DNA of 36,789 nucleotides, from the IMG/VR virus record IMGVR_UViG_3300020045_000708, positions 1-36,789 of that record; one strand, given 5' to 3'. Numbering within the stretch: position 1 is the first letter of the stretch; each line of letters opens with the position of its first letter. The position numbers were made by a program, and so were the translations under genes. The notes beneath the pieces were generated by a model, which made no database searches, had not been told where the DNA came from, and was given only the letters and a program-made list of their open reading frames with translations. This stretch comes from a virus. Its lineage: Duplodnaviria; Caudoviricetes. Positions 15,888-24,740 of the stretch are shown here, piece by piece.

Positions 15888-16897
15888 TATTTCACCTTGG
15901 AATAGTCAACCATCTTGAACCCGCTAGAGTGCGTGCTAACTGCGCCTGGGATATGCTCAACTTCATCAGCCATCACGCCAATGCTTGGCTCACCCCAGAT
16001 ATAGTCGTAGCTGTAGACATTCAGCCCGCCAGCGGTTTTGCCGATGTGATTGATGTTAGTTTTTAGGCGACGATCAGAAAAATAAGAGCTTCCAAGCGTG
16101 CCAGCCAGATTCATCAGCCCGCCAAACATATTCGATGTTCCTGCATTGCTGGCATTAGCACTGCCAGAAGCACCTTGATATTGGGCGTTAGTCGCACCTA
16201 GGTAATCTGCACCCTGTGTCGTGGCTTGCTGTGGAACGTTGGTGAATTGCGGTCCCTGCACTTGCGATCCAGTCCGAACGGCATTCAGAGTGTTCAAAGG
16301 CTCATTGCGCAGAAACGATTGTTCTTGCAGACCTTGCTGGCGGGCTTGTTGGCCGATACCCATGCCTTGCAGGGCAGCTTGGGTAGAGGCATCGTTCCGG
16401 GCGTTATTCAGGTCGCCCTGCGCATTGGTGTATGCCTCAGTCCCTCGCGCAATACCCTGATTCGCCATTTGCGTCTCTAGCTGAGACTGGCGGCGGTCAA
16501 ATTGTGGATCAAGCCTAGCCATGATCGCATCTTGAGCGGTCTGCCCCGCGTTGATTTGGTTAGCCGGAAGCTGCGAGGTGTCAAAAGGCTTGTCAAGCAT
16601 GTTTTGAACATAACCCAACCCTTGATTCTGGATGGACCCAAGCCCTAGAGAGGTTTGGTTCTGGTAATCAAGTAGCTTTTGCTGGTCAGGGGAAAGGCTT
16701 TGGGTAGCCGTCCACATAGGATTATTCTGGGAATCGCGGCCAGATTCTGAATATGTCAGGGAGCCGTAAGGCGTTACTTGATTGACGCGATTAGCTGATG
16801 CCGCTGTCTGTGCAGCCTGCAAATTACCCTGCGCAGTGGCTTGCGCCGCACCTGTGTAATCGGGTGTTGCTGGTGCTGATTGTTTACCGAGACTCAT
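15887..16897 (-). CDS. Virion (pilot-like) protein with C-terminal peptidase S74/intramolecular chaperone domain
   Basis: Q/A/G-rich body followed by 'SDRRLKTNI...YSYDY...GVMADEV...VDYSKV'. Confidence 0.8.
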   Translation of the reverse strand: MSLGKQSAPATPDYTGAAQATAQGNLQAAQTAASANRVNQVTPYGSLTYSESGRDSQNNPMWTATQSLSPDQQKLLDYQNQTSLGLGSIQNQGLGYVQNMLDKPFDTSQLPANQINAGQTAQDAIMARLDPQFDRRQSQLETQMANQGIARGTEAYTNAQGDLNNARNDASTQAALQGMGIGQQARQQGLQEQSFLRNEPLNTLNAVRTGSQVQGPQFTNVPQQATTQGADYLGATNAQYQGASGSANASNAGTSNMFGGLMNLAGTLGSSYFSDRRLKTNINHIGKTAGGLNVYSYDYIWGEPSIGVMADEVEHIPGAVSTHSSGFKMVDYSKVK

Positions 16898-17315
16898 ATT
16901 TACCTCTCCGTGCAAGCCATTTGCATTTATCTGGCGTCATCTTGTAGATGAGTAAATCACCCTTTGGATGTGCATCTTTGAGAGTAGTCTCAAATTCAAA
17001 TCCGACTTTTTCATCGAAATGAATAGCGCCCTCATTATAGCTAGGAACTACTCCAGTGACACGTTTACAGCCTAATTCCACAAATGGAAAATAAAAAACA
17101 TACCAAAGAAACTCACGATTGAGCCAACTTCTTGATCCATCAGAGGCAACATGAATATTAATGTTGGCCCCGTTGAACCCATCGTAAGCGACTCCACCGA
17201 CTATCTTTCCGTCACGCTTAAGCCCAATACCTGGGTTAAGACCGGGGACAAAAGTTCCTTCTGAGCGTTCAGACACCCACTTAGTTACTTCATCCCCGAT
17301 TACTATTTCGAGCAT
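16884..17315 (-). CDS. GNAT-fold virion assembly protein
   Basis: 'KRVTGVVPSYNEGAIHFDEKVGFEFE'; located between the tail and ejection genes. Confidence 0.8.
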   Translation of the reverse strand: MLEIVIGDEVTKWVSERSEGTFVPGLNPGIGLKRDGKIVGGVAYDGFNGANINIHVASDGSRSWLNREFLWYVFYFPFVELGCKRVTGVVPSYNEGAIHFDEKVGFEFETTLKDAHPKGDLLIYKMTPDKCKWLARRGKYESR

Positions 17316-18853
17316 TACAAAATAGCTCCAGTTTCAAAAACTACATCAGTAGATACCCATCGAAGCTCAATACCTTGGCAACTTACCTGAATCTGCGGAG
17401 CGCCGTAGTAACCTAAACCGCTGATACTTTGCCAGTTCTGAACCACATTAAATTCCGAGCCCCATATTGCAGTATCCCACACACCAATATCCCACGATCC
17501 ATAGGAGATAGGGGCAAACGTTAGAGGAGCGGTGCTGGCGGTGATATTAAAGTCCACATTCATAGACTGTAAAACCGCTGGGGTTCCGTTTGTCCTGAAA
17601 ATAGGGCGGCTCATCATCCAGCGCTTGTATATTCCGGGCGCACGGTAGGACGAAAACGCCTGAATACACATACCTGATATATCGGCCCCGTTATCAGATA
17701 GTCCACTCCAAGCCTTACCAACATAACCATCCCCGCCAAAATACGGCAGGTCCCCGAATATCTCCCAGCAGTTCGCATTCCATCCGGTGAAGTTGCACCA
17801 AGCCTTGCTAATGGTGTTCATAGCGTACTGCTGCTGGTCAACTCCCTCGGATACAGGGACATTCAAAAGCAACATATTCTCAGCGGCATAGTAAAGAATC
17901 TGCCAGCCAAAGTTGCCACCGTACACGCTAGCAGCACTAGATACAGCGAATTGAATCTTGTCGGTCAAAGCAACACGAGGATTCACCCGTGAGGACTGCA
18001 AGGCACCACCAAGAGGCACTAAACCATCCTGGGACATGTACAGAAGGTCTCCTGCCAGCTTATAAAGGCAGCGCTTACCTACCGGGGTACCTAGGTCCCA
18101 AACACCCTTTAAAGCCCATGTAGTCGAACTGGATGGGTCTGTTCCTTGATAGATGATGATCTGTCCACGGGATGTAACGATGGCGTAGTAGTCATCCACA
18201 CCTTGACCAGCATCAATCGTCCATGTGGCGTGATCGACAATGTACCCGCCTTGTGTAGCAACACCAGAAACATCAATGGCGTTAGCTGCGCCACCAACAG
18301 ATAAGACAGGTAGATACCAAGTCTTTAGGGAGTTGGCAGCAATGAAAAAGACCCTGTTTTTGAACAGGATTGGAGAATCTAGGGTTGTTGTTGTAACACC
18401 CGTAATAGCAGGTACAGATACCCCGTCAATAGCTGTCCACGTAGTTCCGTTATACAACTGAGGCTTATCCGCACCATTTGCGGCATATAGGAACGTGCCG
18501 CCAGCAGTCGCTGTATTGGCAGAAGCCCAGCGGGAATTTGATTGGCCAGAGACAACTGCAGCACCCACAGCCCCGGAGCTTGTTACATCGTAGAATGAAC
18601 CACCGGCTACCGCAAACATTTCGCTTGCAGTTCCAGAATAATACGTCATCAGGGTTTCTACTTGGCCTGTAATCCCTGTGGCGTGTTGTGTGTATCCCTT
18701 CCTTAAACCCACTTCTGTAGTCAATGGGAAGAAGTTTTGCATAACCACCGCGTCAACAGGGGCCATATCAGCCAGTGAGTCGCGGGCATTCCAACCGCCT
18801 ATAGGAGCGGGGAGAGATACTGTCTTAGCTTTAGATCGTGAGTAAGGAGGCAT
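17315..18853 (-). CDS. Tail hub/nozzle (packaged-DNA stabilisation) protein
   Basis: 512 aa, beta-rich; 'LPAPIGGWNARD' N-terminus; follows the adaptor. Confidence 0.75.
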   Translation of the reverse strand: MPPYSRSKAKTVSLPAPIGGWNARDSLADMAPVDAVVMQNFFPLTTEVGLRKGYTQHATGITGQVETLMTYYSGTASEMFAVAGGSFYDVTSSGAVGAAVVSGQSNSRWASANTATAGGTFLYAANGADKPQLYNGTTWTAIDGVSVPAITGVTTTTLDSPILFKNRVFFIAANSLKTWYLPVLSVGGAANAIDVSGVATQGGYIVDHATWTIDAGQGVDDYYAIVTSRGQIIIYQGTDPSSSTTWALKGVWDLGTPVGKRCLYKLAGDLLYMSQDGLVPLGGALQSSRVNPRVALTDKIQFAVSSAASVYGGNFGWQILYYAAENMLLLNVPVSEGVDQQQYAMNTISKAWCNFTGWNANCWEIFGDLPYFGGDGYVGKAWSGLSDNGADISGMCIQAFSSYRAPGIYKRWMMSRPIFRTNGTPAVLQSMNVDFNITASTAPLTFAPISYGSWDIGVWDTAIWGSEFNVVQNWQSISGLGYYGAPQIQVSCQGIELRWVSTDVVFETGAIL

Positions 18854-18855
18854 AC

Positions 18856-19764
18856 TTACCCCTGCCCATAGATAGAGCCATCTGGGATATTCTCGAAACC
18901 AATAAGCACAGACGACATTTTCGGGGCCATGCTGAGAGTCTGAGAGCCGGAATCGTTGGACTTGGCAATCGACAATTGGTTGACGTAATCGCGGTAATAA
19001 GCGGTAGTGTCAAACCCTTTGACTTCAAAGAACTTGTTTTTAATACCGCAGACCATCAGGCGATCAGGGAATATGCAAGTGTCTGTATCCGCTGCAAAGG
19101 CAGATATTGGCGTTGTGGTCTGATTGACCCATCCGTTGGAGATGTACTCAAACCCCAAATATTCATTGGTAGAGACTTGCGGCCAGATTTGGAAGTTTCC
19201 GCCGATAAACCGATACCGCATTCTGGGTCCGGTAGAGATGTAAGACGATTTCAAAAACTCCCATTGCTGGGGAGTCTCAGGGCCTAACATCTCCCAGCGC
19301 TTGGACTTGTCGTAGTGGGTGCGGTCAATCTGCCGATCAAAATCAGAGGGAAGTTGATAGATCGTCTGCCCAAAGTTCAGCGTTGCCCCAACCTCAGAAG
19401 CAGACGCGGGCTGTGTAAGGGTTACTTGTGTCGCAGAGTCAACGGAGAGAATGTAGGTATCCTGATTGATACCGGTCCCTGTCAACATGTAGTTAGTCGA
19501 TAACTGCGATGTGTCAGGGATATTGGTGATGATTGCGCTGTTTTGAACTACATCACCAGTAGTTTCAAGATACTGGGTGTAGAACCGATATGGGATGTTT
19601 AGCGCTTCCCATGGGTGCTCACGCCGCAACTCATTCCCCAGTGCATTTGCCAGATAGTACAGTTGGGTAACTTGTAAATCTGTATTGCCTACCACCTGCG
19701 TAGGTGGAGTTAACCCCATCTCCGCTGTGGCTTGTTGAATGAGTTGCAGCAGTGTTGATGACAT
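18856..19764 (-). CDS. Head-tail adaptor protein
   Basis: 'TLLQLIQ...HPWEAL...YQLPSDFDR' pattern; position in the virion operon. Confidence 0.7.
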   Translation of the reverse strand: MSSTLLQLIQQATAEMGLTPPTQVVGNTDLQVTQLYYLANALGNELRREHPWEALNIPYRFYTQYLETTGDVVQNSAIITNIPDTSQLSTNYMLTGTGINQDTYILSVDSATQVTLTQPASASEVGATLNFGQTIYQLPSDFDRQIDRTHYDKSKRWEMLGPETPQQWEFLKSSYISTGPRMRYRFIGGNFQIWPQVSTNEYLGFEYISNGWVNQTTTPISAFAADTDTCIFPDRLMVCGIKNKFFEVKGFDTTAYYRDYVNQLSIAKSNDSGSQTLSMAPKMSSVLIGFENIPDGSIYGQG

Positions 19765-20346
19765 TTAGGTTGCCTTTTCTTCCCGGGGTCGGCCACGCTT
19801 AGGCGCGGATTCCATGAATTCGGCCATCTGCTGTTTCAGCGCTTCAATTTCAATATCACGCTTGCGCAGCTCTTCGGCCTGCGATTCAGCAATGGACGAA
19901 TCCTTGGCGCGTTTCAGGTAGCTTTGTGCTTTTTCGCGGAATGCGTGACCGCCCATACCGACGATCATGGTGATTTTGCTAATCTGGTCGTCAGAGGCTC
20001 CAGCGACTTGATCGACTGTGTAAAAGTGGTAATGCTTGAGTTCTCGGACTTGCGCAGAGGTCAGGATAGGCCAATCACGCAGCAGCGTACCGGCGATGTC
20101 GTCCTCTCCTTGGTCACGCTTTTGATTCTGGTAGTGCGCCCACTGCTGTGGATACAGCTTTTTGTGGTTGTCGCCAGCGAAGGTATCAATAATCGAGTAT
20201 TGATTTCCAGGAATCTCAATACGAACGAAATCAGCCATGTAATAAATAGGCCGACCTTCTTTGTCTGAGTTGAAATTGTGTTGCACTTCCTTTTGATAGA
20301 AGCGTACCGCAGGGAGAATGTTATTCCCAATGTCTGAATCAAGCAT
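19765..20346 (-). CDS. Conserved head-region protein
   Basis: Start MLDSD after GAGGA; ends in 'PKRGRPR'. Confidence 0.7.
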   Translation of the reverse strand: MLDSDIGNNILPAVRFYQKEVQHNFNSDKEGRPIYYMADFVRIEIPGNQYSIIDTFAGDNHKKLYPQQWAHYQNQKRDQGEDDIAGTLLRDWPILTSAQVRELKHYHFYTVDQVAGASDDQISKITMIVGMGGHAFREKAQSYLKRAKDSSIAESQAEELRKRDIEIEALKQQMAEFMESAPKRGRPREEKAT

Positions 20347-20422
20347 GTTTATCCTCAAGTGGTTGAGAACCCGCGCAAAGGGCGCGTACCGCGTGTGATT
20401 TTGCCACAATATGTGGCGTAAC

Positions 20423-21229
20423 TCACTCTTTATTTAGCCAAGCCTCTGCCATTAGTCCGTCGCAGAAAACATCCACTTTGCAGCCCTGCGCCTTGAGTAA
20501 TTTGCACAACTGTAGAAATACAACCACCTGTTGCTTCATGTCGTAGGTGGTGTGAAAAGTCTTTCCGTTTATATCTAAGTCAATAAACAAGCGCTCTTCC
20601 TGTGGCTTTTCTCCATTGGCGTAAAACTGGCTCTCAATATAAGAAGAATCCATACCATAGACGGTAATATCTCTAAACCCCATCGTGTAAGCGATACACA
20701 ATGCAGAATTAGATACCGTGACACCGCCGCCTATGTAGGTGAATTTACTATCATCAAGGTCTAGATAGTCGAATATCCATTGCATAGCGGGATGCCAGAG
20801 GGTCGGGCTATCCACCATGTCAAAAATGATAGGATTGACAATAGATGCGAATAAGTGGCTTTTTGCACTGACGAGAACGTCATATATTGCCAAGTCCGAG
20901 GCGTCTAGGATCACCTGGTGATCTACGGATATTCCATTGTCAAAAAGGAACCTTGCAGCGCTGTTGCATCCGTAAATTACAGCACCATTCACCTGCGCTT
21001 CTCGGATCGCTTCTACGTGCTTTTTAAGGCTTGGAGAGGCCCCGCATACAATAGCCTTGCCGCTATTAACTGGTGATTCATCCAGCCAAGGGTGATTATT
21101 CGCAATATTGGCGTGGAAATGCTCTCTAGGCTTTTCCAGTGTCGTATTGGGAACTAGCTTTATAGGGATAACCAAATCCGCAACAGTATTGGGATTTTTG
21201 TACCTAAATTCGTTGTCTTCTAGTTTCAT
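20423..21229 (-). CDS. DUF115/MptE-like (Maf-type) putative glycosyltransferase
   Basis: Motifs AIVCGASPSL, IYGCNSA, GISVDHQVILDA, GGGVTVSNSALCIAYTMGFRDITVYGMDSSY; start uncertain (21229-21274). Confidence 0.75.
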   Translation of the reverse strand: MKLEDNEFRYKNPNTVADLVIPIKLVPNTTLEKPREHFHANIANNHPWLDESPVNSGKAIVCGASPSLKKHVEAIREAQVNGAVIYGCNSAARFLFDNGISVDHQVILDASDLAIYDVLVSAKSHLFASIVNPIIFDMVDSPTLWHPAMQWIFDYLDLDDSKFTYIGGGVTVSNSALCIAYTMGFRDITVYGMDSSYIESQFYANGEKPQEERLFIDLDINGKTFHTTYDMKQQVVVFLQLCKLLKAQGCKVDVFCDGLMAEAWLNKE

Positions 21230-21278
21230 AGATTGTTTCAGATGCCCCCTATTGCTAAGGGGCATAAAACTCAACCCA

Positions 21279-21821
21279 TTAGGTGATACGTCCCTGCATG
21301 TGCGGACGATTCAGCATCACCTGCACAGTGGTAGCCGCAGCAGTAGCCACAGAAGCCGCAACAGCACCCTGAATTTCAGAGCCGGTAGAGGTAACACTCA
21401 GTGTGCCTACAGTAGCAATGCCAACCGCACCCAGAGCAGCGATAGAGACACCGCTCTTCAATGCAACAGAATTACCGCTGATCTGATACCAGCCCCAAGT
21501 CGTGGCGGCTGTATTGGCCGACATAGCAATGGCAACAGGCTGCGGGATGTTAGTCCCAACAGGTGCCAGAGTTGTGGTGAAGCTCGATGTGTTGTAAATC
21601 ACAATGGAGCCTACCGCTGTAGACGCAACACCGGCCAGCAAGATGAACTCGCCTTCGCCATAAGTTGGGTCTTTGGCACGAACAATCATACCGGGCACCA
21701 GAGGGCCGGTAGGGTAAGTCGTGGTCGAACCACTGGACACGGACGATGGCGAGAGAACGCCAGAATCAATGTTGGCAATGGGTGTCACACCAAGGGTGTG
21801 GAGGTCGCTGTAAAAAGCCAT
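21279..21821 (-). CDS. Capsid decoration/cement protein
   Basis: 180 aa, S/T/A/V-rich, directly after the MCP; 'WGWYQISG' motif. Confidence 0.7.
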   Translation of the reverse strand: MAFYSDLHTLGVTPIANIDSGVLSPSSVSSGSTTTYPTGPLVPGMIVRAKDPTYGEGEFILLAGVASTAVGSIVIYNTSSFTTTLAPVGTNIPQPVAIAMSANTAATTWGWYQISGNSVALKSGVSIAALGAVGIATVGTLSVTSTGSEIQGAVAASVATAAATTVQVMLNRPHMQGRIT

Positions 21822-21845
21822 GATTCGTTTCCTTTCGTTAAGCTA

Positions 21846-22841
21846 TCACGCAATCAAGACTCCGTTAAACTGAGCGCCGGAGGTGGTCATATTGCCAGCC
21901 CAGCCGATCAGCTTAACGATTGCGTCTTGGTTGACGGCCTGACGTTCGCCACCGATTGGCACGAAATTACGGTCTTTGTGAGGCCGGAAGAACATGTACT
22001 TGGTGTTGAGCATCCACATGTGGTTTGCAGTAGCGTGAGCGCCGATACCGCCACCCAGCACCACGTCAGCAGATGTACCGCCACCGTAGAACTTGAGCGA
22101 AGCGAAACCAGAACCCGCGTCTTCTTGCGAAGTCACACGCTGAATAGCTTGCAGTGCGTTTACATACAAACTGTAGTAGTTGTTATCAGCAATGAACAAG
22201 TCAGCCTTGTCATTACCGCGAACCAACTTCAACGACAGTGCGGTCATGTAGTTGATGATGTTGGAGGCCGATACAGCCGCCCCACCATCCGTAGTACCCG
22301 AGTATTTCTGTGATTGCCAGAAGGACCAAGTAGCACGGTCAATACCGCCGTAAGTGCCGGATGTAGGTGCATCAGGTACAGCAGCAGCCAAACCTGTGAT
22401 GTTCTTACCGCCGTTACCTGTACCGTCAAGGTACATATCACTATCGATACGGTTCATCAATTGGGCTTCTGCCACGCGGATGCGGCCTTCAAGCAAATCA
22501 ATGATCTGCTCTTTGCCAGCGTTTTGCAGCATTTCCAGGCCCGACATCGTCACAGCACTTGCGTACTGCGTAATGGCGTACTGAGCAGCGGAAATCGGGC
22601 TGTTAGGCGCGATGTTCAGCACTTCATAGCCGCTGTAGGAGTTGGTGTTATTCGTGGTCGAGTCGTTGTACATGATCTCTTCCAAGATCACATTACCACC
22701 CGAGAACGGACGAACGTTGCCACGCGCCTTAAGGCGAGACAGCAATGGGTTGTTTTGCATTACGTTATCAGCCAGCTCACCAGAACGGGATTGAATGGTG
22801 GTGGCGATGATGTCAGTAATGGCGCTATTAGCAAATGCCAT
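21846..22841 (-). CDS. Major capsid protein
   Basis: 331 aa; 'IATTIQSRSGELADNV...NPLLSRL...DGTGNGGK...YGGIDR'; follows the scaffold. Confidence 0.92.
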   Translation of the reverse strand: MAFANSAITDIIATTIQSRSGELADNVMQNNPLLSRLKARGNVRPFSGGNVILEEIMYNDSTTNNTNSYSGYEVLNIAPNSPISAAQYAITQYASAVTMSGLEMLQNAGKEQIIDLLEGRIRVAEAQLMNRIDSDMYLDGTGNGGKNITGLAAAVPDAPTSGTYGGIDRATWSFWQSQKYSGTTDGGAAVSASNIINYMTALSLKLVRGNDKADLFIADNNYYSLYVNALQAIQRVTSQEDAGSGFASLKFYGGGTSADVVLGGGIGAHATANHMWMLNTKYMFFRPHKDRNFVPIGGERQAVNQDAIVKLIGWAGNMTTSGAQFNGVLIA

Positions 22842-22865
22842 GATATGTTCCTTACATCAAAAAAA

Positions 22866-23870
22866 TTAAACTCGCCCGCCCGCTACCGACTCAAGCTGTT
22901 CGGATAGGGTTTCGCGGAGTCCTTTTTTGCCGCTTCCAGTATTCATCATCCCTGTTGGGGAGCTAGATCGTGGAGACACAGCTAACGCTTTCTTTTGGGC
23001 AACCATTCGGTGATTGGCCTCAGCAGTCTCGCGGGCTTTGGCCTGTTGGGCTTCTGCTTGTTGTGACTGCCATGCTTCATCATTGAAACGGATTGCCTTT
23101 TCGTAGGCGTTTTGCAACCTTTCTTGAGGGGTTGCGCCTTTGACAAGGCCACTTTGGAGTAATCCAAGGACTTCGTCGGATACTTTTTCAAGCAAGGGGT
23201 TCTTGCTTTGGAATTCTTCTACCAAGCTTACAAACTGCTGTTGCTCATGTTGTTCGCGTTGGGTTTGGAATTGCGACCACTGGTTTTTAAGCTGGCTCAA
23301 CTCTTGAGTGAGTGCTGAAAACTGTGGGTTGGTGGATTGACCGTTAGCCAGCGATCCGAGGTCTACGCCGTAATCAGAAGCAAGACGCGCAAACATGTGC
23401 GCCTTTTCCTCTGGTGACCCCATTGCAAGGGTCTTATGGGCGTTACCTAGATTGCTAATCCACTGTTGCGGCGCGATATTGTGCTGCTGCAACAACGGCA
23501 TAAAAGGCTGCATAGCCTCATAGATCGGGGCGGCTTGGTCCCAATTCTGCTTATAGGTGGAAACACCCTTTGCGTAGTCTGCTTCACGCTGGGAAATGTA
23601 ATCTTGGACCGTTGGGTCCAGCTTACCCCATTGTTCGTCGTAGTCCTTCTTCCAAGAGGAAGGGCGGGGCTTTACTGGTGCTGCCTCTACTTGCTCCGAG
23701 GACTCTACCGAGGTTTTCTCTGCCTTTTGAGCAAATCGCCCGACTTCATCGCGAGGCTTTTCGTTGGAAACTTCAACGCCGGGGGAAGCGTCAAGCGTAT
23801 CGGGCTCATGTGTTTCAATGGCCTGTTCAATCGTGTCACGCAAAGTGATCTGCGCTTCTACATCTGACAT
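22866..23870 (-). CDS. Scaffolding protein
   Basis: Acidic and Q-rich coiled coil with 'RDEVGRFA' and 'PSSWKK'; precedes the MCP. Confidence 0.75.
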   Translation of the reverse strand: MSDVEAQITLRDTIEQAIETHEPDTLDASPGVEVSNEKPRDEVGRFAQKAEKTSVESSEQVEAAPVKPRPSSWKKDYDEQWGKLDPTVQDYISQREADYAKGVSTYKQNWDQAAPIYEAMQPFMPLLQQHNIAPQQWISNLGNAHKTLAMGSPEEKAHMFARLASDYGVDLGSLANGQSTNPQFSALTQELSQLKNQWSQFQTQREQHEQQQFVSLVEEFQSKNPLLEKVSDEVLGLLQSGLVKGATPQERLQNAYEKAIRFNDEAWQSQQAEAQQAKARETAEANHRMVAQKKALAVSPRSSSPTGMMNTGSGKKGLRETLSEQLESVAGGRV

Positions 23871-23961
23871 TAAAGTCTCCAAACATACCTTAGCGCGGTT
23901 CTACGCTTTCGGTGCGGCGCATCTCTGCGTTCGCTATTGGCCCTAGGAACCAGCCTTTAAA

Positions 23962-24339
23962 TCATGCCGACTTAACGGGCAACCATTGGGTTGCAGTAAT
24001 CTTCGTGTACTCAACTACGGCATAGGTAGTATGGGAGTATGCAGCAGCAGCAGTACCCAAACCAGTACCAGGGACAGCAATGGCTTCGCTAGACGTACCA
24101 GGCCAAACCTTGAGGGTGGAGCCGGAGTTGTTAAACAAGCGAACACTATCACCGATATTGCCGATGATCTGCACGCCTTTTGTTCCGTCAGCGCCAGTTA
24201 CTACAACGTTAGACGATGTAATGTCGGTGGCGTCTGTAATAACGCTACCGGCTGCGGCTTGGGTTGTATATCCACCATTCAGGGCGCCAGCTTGGCCTGC
24301 GGAAAATCCACCACCCATTACTTCTTTAGAGAGAGCCAT
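23962..24339 (-). CDS. Putative virion structural protein
   Basis: 125 aa, G/T/A-rich beta protein; AAGGA RBS. Confidence 0.65.
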   Translation of the reverse strand: MALSKEVMGGGFSAGQAGALNGGYTTQAAAGSVITDATDITSSNVVVTGADGTKGVQIIGNIGDSVRLFNNSGSTLKVWPGTSSEAIAVPGTGLGTAAAAYSHTTYAVVEYTKITATQWLPVKSA

Positions 24340-24362
24340 ATTAATCCTTTCGAGGAATTGAG

Positions 24363-24740
24363 TTAGTTTAACCGATCGCGTGCTATTTGTGCAATACGAT
24401 CTTTCAGCCCCGGAGGTGGCCCCGGTTGTTTGGTGTTTTTAAGGTATTTTGTCTCGTTGCCAACTTCAACAAGATTATGCCTCTTCAAATGTTCTCTATG
24501 CTGCGACCTGCCGCCAATAAACTCACCTGTCGCCATGGACTGATAAGGCTGAATATCGGCGATTATCATCGGGCCATGGTTCACGGGCTTTGAGTAGTAT
24601 TCAGATTTAGGCACCATTTCGCCCTTTTCTGCATCCCATACAAAAGAGCCGCGTGTTGGGCGCTTATTCTCGAAAATCTTATCGAAGTTGGTAGAGAACG
24701 AATCCTCGTCACCTGGGCGACGGTTTGAGCCTTTACTCAT
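24363..24740 (-). CDS. Conserved protein downstream of the portal
   Basis: 'DIQPYQSMATGEFIGGRSQHREHLKRHNLVEVGNE'. Confidence 0.75.
   Translation of the reverse strand: MSKGSNRRPGDEDSFSTNFDKIFENKRPTRGSFVWDAEKGEMVPKSEYYSKPVNHGPMIIADIQPYQSMATGEFIGGRSQHREHLKRHNLVEVGNETKYLKNTKQPGPPPGLKDRIAQIARDRLN

Noticed and set aside
21108-22907. Long plus-strand ORFs (401 aa and 197 aa)
   Set aside because: Antisense shadows of the capsid and decoration genes, with no RBS and no recognisable motifs.
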